From NCBI GenBank assembly GCA_031963405.1, contig JASSUJ010000001.1:1547802-1611801 (forward strand): a stretch of 64,000 nucleotides of DNA, written 5' to 3'. The notes below the pieces were generated by a model, which had not been told where the DNA came from, made no database searches, and saw only the letters and a program-made list of their open reading frames with translations. The position numbers were made by a program, and so were the translations under genes. This document shows, in pieces, positions 59,842-64,000 of the stretch. How positions within the stretch are numbered: the stretch's first letter is position 1; every line of letters starts with the position of its first letter. Source of the stretch: Mycoavidus cysteinexigens (GTDB lineage: Bacteria > Pseudomonadota > Gammaproteobacteria > Burkholderiales > Burkholderiaceae).

Positions 59842-60417
59842 TCAAGATAAGTGTAACAGCCTAAAAAGTAACGGAATTGCGCTTGTGGCAGCAACGACAA
59901 TTGTGCCTAGTTTGATCGTTAGGCGTAGCTCCAGTTCTTTAACTTGATGCCGCAAGGAGTCATGCCTAATATCCACGTCTTTACGTAAATCACCTATTTC
60001 ATGGCGCAATGACTCATGCTTAGTATCCATGTCTTTACGTAGACCGCTTATTTCATGGCGCAATGACTCATGCTTAGTATCCATGTCTTTGCGTAGACCG
60101 CTTATTTCATGGCGCAATGACTCATGCTTAGTATCCATGTCTTTGCGTAGACCGCTTATTTCATGGTGCAATGACTCATGTTTAGTATCAACGTCTTTAC
60201 GCAAATCGCTTATTTCATAGCGAAGCTGGGTAATGTCTTGTGTCCGTAAATTGCTAATTTCGTGGCGCAATTCCGTCATATCTTGTGTAGTTGCCAGATC
60301 AGCATCCTCATATGATTTTCGCACGACATTTGAGAAAGCTTTCGCTTGTCGTGCTGGCACGCCAGCCTCTGTTAATGTTTCGACAAATTGAAGTGTATCG
60401 AAAGCGACGGCGGCCAT
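59842..60417 (-). CDS. DUF1640-like coiled-coil protein with expanded 18-aa tandem repeats and a C-terminal TM helix
   Basis: The N-terminus MAAVAFDTLQFVETLTEAGVPARQAKAF is as in DUF1640 proteins. HEISGLRKDMDTKHESLR is repeated about five times. The C-terminus carries a hydrophobic helix (LGTIVVAATSAIPLLFRLL). Confidence 0.7.
   Translation of the reverse strand: MAAVAFDTLQFVETLTEAGVPARQAKAFSNVVRKSYEDADLATTQDMTELRHEISNLRTQDITQLRYEISDLRKDVDTKHESLHHEISGLRKDMDTKHESLRHEISGLRKDMDTKHESLRHEISGLRKDMDTKHESLRHEIGDLRKDVDIRHDSLRHQVKELELRLTIKLGTIVVAATSAIPLLFRLLHLS
59947..60216. repeat. 54-bp tandem repeat, 5 copies (central 3 nearly identical)
   Basis: The unit atggcgcaatgactcatgcttagtatccatgtcttt(a/g)cgtagaccgcttatttc occurs at 60001, 60055 and 60109, with diverged copies at 59947 and 60163. 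It is in frame within the DUF1640-like CDS. Confidence 0.9.
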
Positions 60418-60690
60418 CAGAATTTCCTTTTGATCCGAATTTTAGCAAATTGGTAGGAAGCTTCTTAAAAGCGATGCGTTGCAAGAGGAGCTCACCATTT
60501 TTGCGGTGCTTGATATGCAACGACTCTCTACCTAATGGTGCTTATTTATAGCAGAGCTTAATAGAGACATCTATATAACGTTAGGCCATATAAATTGATT
60601 ACCGCTGCCCTACGCCCGGTTTAGGTCAAGGCAGGCAGATTCTTCGATAGGCGTCGGCATGCCTTGCCCAAGGGGTTGTGCAGAGGTTCC

Positions 60691-61350
60691 TTAGGTGGGG
60701 CGAACGGTACCGCTCGAAATCTGTTGGATGAGGTGCTCAGCTAAAGTATCTGCCACCTCATGCCAGCTTGCCATTACTCCAAGCGTTGCCATATCAACTG
60801 TTGCCAGCCCTGCATAGCCGCAAGGATTGATGCGGTTAAAGGGCTGTAGATCCATTCGCAGATTTAAACTGACGCCGTGATAGCTGCAGCCGCCCCGTAT
60901 TTTTAACCCTAATGCGGCGATTTTCGCATAGCCTGCTTGTTGGCTTTGGATATAGATGCCTGGTGCGCCGGTTTGACGCTCCCCCTGTAATTGATAGACC
61001 GCTAGCGTATTGATCACAGCTTGCTCAATGCGTACCACCAGCTCGCGCACCATTAAGGTGCGCCGTCGTAGATCAATTAATAAATAAGCAACGATTTGCC
61101 CTGGACCATGAAAAGTAATTTGCCCACCGCGATCAGTTTTGACTAAAGGGATGCTGGCATCAGGTTTAAGCAAATGGGCTGGGTCACCAGCTTGCCCTAA
61201 GGTATACACAGGCGGATGCTCAACTAACCACAACTCATCAGGTGTATGAGAAAGGCGCGCTTGAGTAAAAGCCTGCATTGCGTCAAAACTGGTTTGGTAT
61301 GGCTCGATGCCACGCCAACGGATATGGATGGGCAATTGCGAAGCGCTCAT
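60691..61350 (-). CDS. lipB: Lipoyl(octanoyl) transferase
   Basis: 219 aa with [28 protein letters not shown] and GIYI...[14 protein letters not shown]. Confidence 0.9.
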   Translation of the reverse strand: MSASQLPIHIRWRGIEPYQTSFDAMQAFTQARLSHTPDELWLVEHPPVYTLGQAGDPAHLLKPDASIPLVKTDRGGQITFHGPGQIVAYLLIDLRRRTLMVRELVVRIEQAVINTLAVYQLQGERQTGAPGIYIQSQQAGYAKIAALGLKIRGGCSYHGVSLNLRMDLQPFNRINPCGYAGLATVDMATLGVMASWHEVADTLAEHLIQQISSGTVRPT

Positions 61351-61408
61351 ATGGCTTTTCTGCTGATTTGCCAGTCGGGGTAAGTAAGCCTTATCACCAC
61401 TACCCGCT

Positions 61409-61678
61409 CTAAAGCACGACTGACACCATCGGATGAGAGGTAAGTGCGCGGTATATATTATCTAGATGCTCACGATCTGTCGCATGCACGGTGCATGTCA
61501 GACCAAGATAATTGCCACCTTGCGAAGCGCGTATTTCCATGCGGTTTTTATCAAAGCCTGCATCGAACTGCTTAAGCAGTGTCAAGATAGTGTCAGCAAA
61601 GAAAGGATGTGATTTCCCCATCACTTTGATGGGGAAATCACAGGGAAACTCAATTAAAGATTGTTTGGCTGATTGCAT
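61409..61678 (-). CDS. YbeD/DUF493 family protein
   Basis: 89 aa with [13 protein letters not shown] and a C-terminal ...HPMVSVVL. It lies upstream of lipB as in many proteobacteria. The start overlaps the stop of the upstream carboxypeptidase gene (TAATG). Confidence 0.8.
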   Translation of the reverse strand: MQSAKQSLIEFPCDFPIKVMGKSHPFFADTILTLLKQFDAGFDKNRMEIRASQGGNYLGLTCTVHATDREHLDNIYRALTSHPMVSVVL

Positions 61679-62952
61679 TATTTTTGCGTGAAGAAGCTAA
61701 ACCAGCGTGATGGCCACTTTTCCTTAACTTTTAATAGAGCTTTATCGCGTAGACGTCGCACAATGCCAGCTTGCGCTATATCTTCAAACGCCACGATAGG
61801 AAAGGCAGCAATTTCTTTATTATCAGCGCTTATGGTAACCGTGCCCACTGTCTGGCCGCGTTTAATCGGTGCGATAAGTGGATAAGCATCATTCACGGTG
61901 GTTTTAATCTTATCAGTTGTGCCTCTTGGTACAGTCACAATCTGATTGGCGAGAACACCCGCTTTTACCGTATTGCCTAGCCCCTGATAAACGCGAGGCG
62001 TGCTAATGATTTGCCCTTCTTTATACAGCCGAATAGTGTCATATGCTTGGTAGCCATAATTTAACATCTTCAAGCTATCTTGCACGCGATCATGCTCTTT
62101 GCGCTCACCCATCACTACTGTCACTAGGCGTCGATTCATCTCTGGGGCATCAGGCATCGGGCGCTTTGCCGAGGCAATTAAGCAATAGCCTGCTGCTTGT
62201 GTATGCCCAGTTTTTACACCGTCAACGGTTGAGTCTAACCACAGTAGGCGGTTGCGGTTTAATTGACGAATTTTGTTATGGGTAAATTCTTTGGTCGAGA
62301 AAATAGCGTAGTACTCTGGAAAATCCCGAATCAGTCGGGTCGACAAAGTCGCTAAATCGCCTGCGGTAGTGTAGTGCTGAGGGTGTGGCAAGCCATTGGT
62401 ATCGGCATAGTGGGTATGCTTTAAGCCTAGGCGTTGTGCTGCATTATTCATCATCGTGACGAAATTTGCTTCATTGCCGCCCACCAGCTCAGCCAGCGCG
62501 AGCGTCGCGTCGTTGCCTGATTGCACGATCATGCCATAGATTAGACTGCGCACAGTCACTGGCTTATTCGCTTCCAAAAACATGCGCGATTCGTCGCGAG
62601 CGACGTTCTTCACAATGTCGCTTGGCAACGTCGTTTGGTTCATCGAGATTTTCTTGTCTCTAAGCGCCTCAAATACGATGTACGAGGTCATCAGCTTGGT
62701 CAGTGACGCTGGCTCTACACGCTCTTGCGCATTCGCTGAAGCGAGTATTTGATTACTCGTTGCATCGATGAGCACCCACGAGCGTGCTAAAACAGCAGGC
62801 GGCGGCACTTGTGCAAATGCTGTGCTGGATAATTGCGGCATTAAAAGCGCGCAGAACGCGGCAGCTAATACAGGACGGGAGATAGGGCAAAGAGCTGAAA
62901 TGGAAAGGCGCATAGAATAAAACCGGCGAAAAAAGAATCTGTTGGCAATCAT
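61678..62952 (-). CDS. dacC: D-alanyl-D-alanine carboxypeptidase (PBP5/6-type, peptidase S11)
   Basis: It has a signal peptide, the active-site motifs PASLTKLMT (SxxK), SGND (SxN) and KTGHT (KTG), and a C-terminal PBP5 beta-domain. The start is ambiguous, with ATGs at 62952 and 62913. The track ORF extends to 63000. Confidence 0.85.
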   Translation of the reverse strand: MIANRFFFRRFYSMRLSISALCPISRPVLAAAFCALLMPQLSSTAFAQVPPPAVLARSWVLIDATSNQILASANAQERVEPASLTKLMTSYIVFEALRDKKISMNQTTLPSDIVKNVARDESRMFLEANKPVTVRSLIYGMIVQSGNDATLALAELVGGNEANFVTMMNNAAQRLGLKHTHYADTNGLPHPQHYTTAGDLATLSTRLIRDFPEYYAIFSTKEFTHNKIRQLNRNRLLWLDSTVDGVKTGHTQAAGYCLIASAKRPMPDAPEMNRRLVTVVMGERKEHDRVQDSLKMLNYGYQAYDTIRLYKEGQIISTPRVYQGLGNTVKAGVLANQIVTVPRGTTDKIKTTVNDAYPLIAPIKRGQTVGTVTISADNKEIAAFPIVAFEDIAQAGIVRRLRDKALLKVKEKWPSRWFSFFTQK

Positions 62953-62983
62953 TGTCGACTGACAGATCATTGAATGGAAAATA

Positions 62984-63631
62984 TTATACGCACCAGGCAT
63001 CCGTGATGATGCGCTTTAAAATGTGTAGCTTGCGATGAAAAAAATGGTCTGCACCAGGTATCACGATCACTGGTAATTCTTGTGGCCGTGCCCAATCGTA
63101 GACAGCGCTAGGCGCAATGGTCTCGTCTTGCTCACCATGAATTACGATGGTGTTGCTGGGCACTTGTGCCATGTCCCATTTGCCAGCTGCAGTACCGATA
63201 AAAACGAGTCGTTGCGCCGGTGTGCCTTGCTGCGCCAGGTGCTGCGCGATATGAGATGCGACAAAGGTACCAAACGAAAAGCCAGCTAAGATGAGTGGCA
63301 ATTCGGCGTAAGGCGCTTGGCTACGTATATGCGCTAGCACAGTGAGCAAATCTTCTTGCTCGCCTTGCCCGTGGTCATGTTCCCCTTCTGTATTGCCAAC
63401 GCCACGAAAATTTGAGCGTACGGCTAGATAGCCAAGTTGGGTAAAGGTGCGGGCAAGGGTTTGAGTGACTTTATTATCCATCGTGCCGCCATATAACGGG
63501 TGAGGATGAGCAATCAACGCGATGCCTCGCAGGGGAGTGTCCTGTGCGCGGGCAGCATCGGGTAAGTCAAGCGCCACTTCAATACGCCCAACGTTACCGT
63601 CAATCAGATATTTTTGAGTGTGAGTATTCAT
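62984..63631 (-). CDS. Alpha/beta-fold hydrolase (COG2945-like)
   Basis: 215 aa with IAHPHPLYGGTMDNKV, the nucleophile elbow GFSFGT and IHGEQDE...ADHFF. Confidence 0.75.
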   Translation of the reverse strand: MNTHTQKYLIDGNVGRIEVALDLPDAARAQDTPLRGIALIAHPHPLYGGTMDNKVTQTLARTFTQLGYLAVRSNFRGVGNTEGEHDHGQGEQEDLLTVLAHIRSQAPYAELPLILAGFSFGTFVASHIAQHLAQQGTPAQRLVFIGTAAGKWDMAQVPSNTIVIHGEQDETIAPSAVYDWARPQELPVIVIPGADHFFHRKLHILKRIITDAWCV

Positions 63632-64000
63632 CTTTTATAAGAGAGCCTTCCTAAATTGGATGGTGGCGCCATGCTTCACGGCCAGTATATTTAGTACTGT
63701 CTGCGTCGGCATGCCTTGCCTTCCGACTTATGCAGACCTACCCAAAGATTGAGCGCACAAGGGGATAACCGTTCGCCTCATCCAAAACTCGCGTAGCTGC
63801 ATCATATGCTCGCTAAGCTAGCATTAAAAGCGACCGAGAATGAAGCAGGCCAAAGCGCCTATATATTTCGGAAGAATCCGAAAGCGCTCTATTTTGACTC
63901 AGGTTGCATTCAACTTTCTGACTACGTGCTAGCTTCTTCCTTCTGCTTGCTGCGCGTGCTAGCGCGGTTATTGCCATCGATTGCAGCAATTAATTCATTT

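Noticed and set aside
59947-60216. The 54-bp direct repeats considered as a CRISPR-like array.
   Set aside because: The repeats are contiguous with no spacers and are in frame within a coding sequence (18-aa units). No cas genes are nearby. This is a coding tandem repeat.
1-64000. A search for transposases, integrases, phage genes, CRISPR-cas, restriction-modification or other known defence systems as the hidden system.
   Set aside because: None of the tracked ORFs shows DDE/HUH transposase, tyrosine or serine recombinase, Cas, methyltransferase/endonuclease or phage structural signatures. Only the RES-Xre pair qualifies as a known defence- or stress-type module.
63922-64000. A possible 3' end of a minus-strand gene running off the window edge (...NELIAAIDGNNRASTRSKQKEEAST*).
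   Set aside because: Only 25 codons are visible, which is too short to support a call or a product.

Overview
This 64-kb chromosomal segment comes from a Burkholderiaceae-type betaproteobacterium. That placement is an inference from gene content and order: split metH, DUF1840/DUF3567-like genes, birA-coaX, ubiE-Tim44, mpl-yqiA-RNB-aroE, aroQ-accB-accC, and ybeD-lipB-lipA. By eye, G+C is about half in housekeeping genes, which is low for the family and fits a host-associated, possibly endofungal, lineage. About 40 housekeeping genes and one tRNA-Arg(CCG) are well supported.

The backbone is interrupted in two ways. First, about nine visibly AT-rich or low-complexity orphan genes are present. 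They encode coiled-coil, tandem-repeat, poly-Glu, PPxY-containing and ankyrin-repeat proteins, with Ser/Thr/Asn/Ile/Pro-rich N-termini. Second, several families of non-autonomous palindromic (MITE/REP-like) elements are packed into intergenic regions. No transposase or integrase gene is present.

The main finding is four perfect TTCG-N16-TTCG (PIP/hrpII-type) boxes. Each lies 74-236 bp upstream of one of these orphan genes and in that gene's orientation. Two more orphans carry the same one-mismatch variant. This predicts an HrpB/HrpX-type, type III secretion-linked effector regulon scattered through the core genome.

Other notable features:
- a RES-Xre toxin-antitoxin pair bracketed by MITEs;
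- an ankyrin gene split by a frameshift at a T5/A5 run;
- AT-rich insertions that split the conserved coaBC-dut and lipB-lipA pairs;
- a 1.1-kb gene-free AT-rich region with consensus DnaA boxes;
- speG next to the tRNA;
- a perfect 12-bp-arm palindrome between argS and its divergent neighbour.

No CRISPR array, prophage or rRNA was seen.
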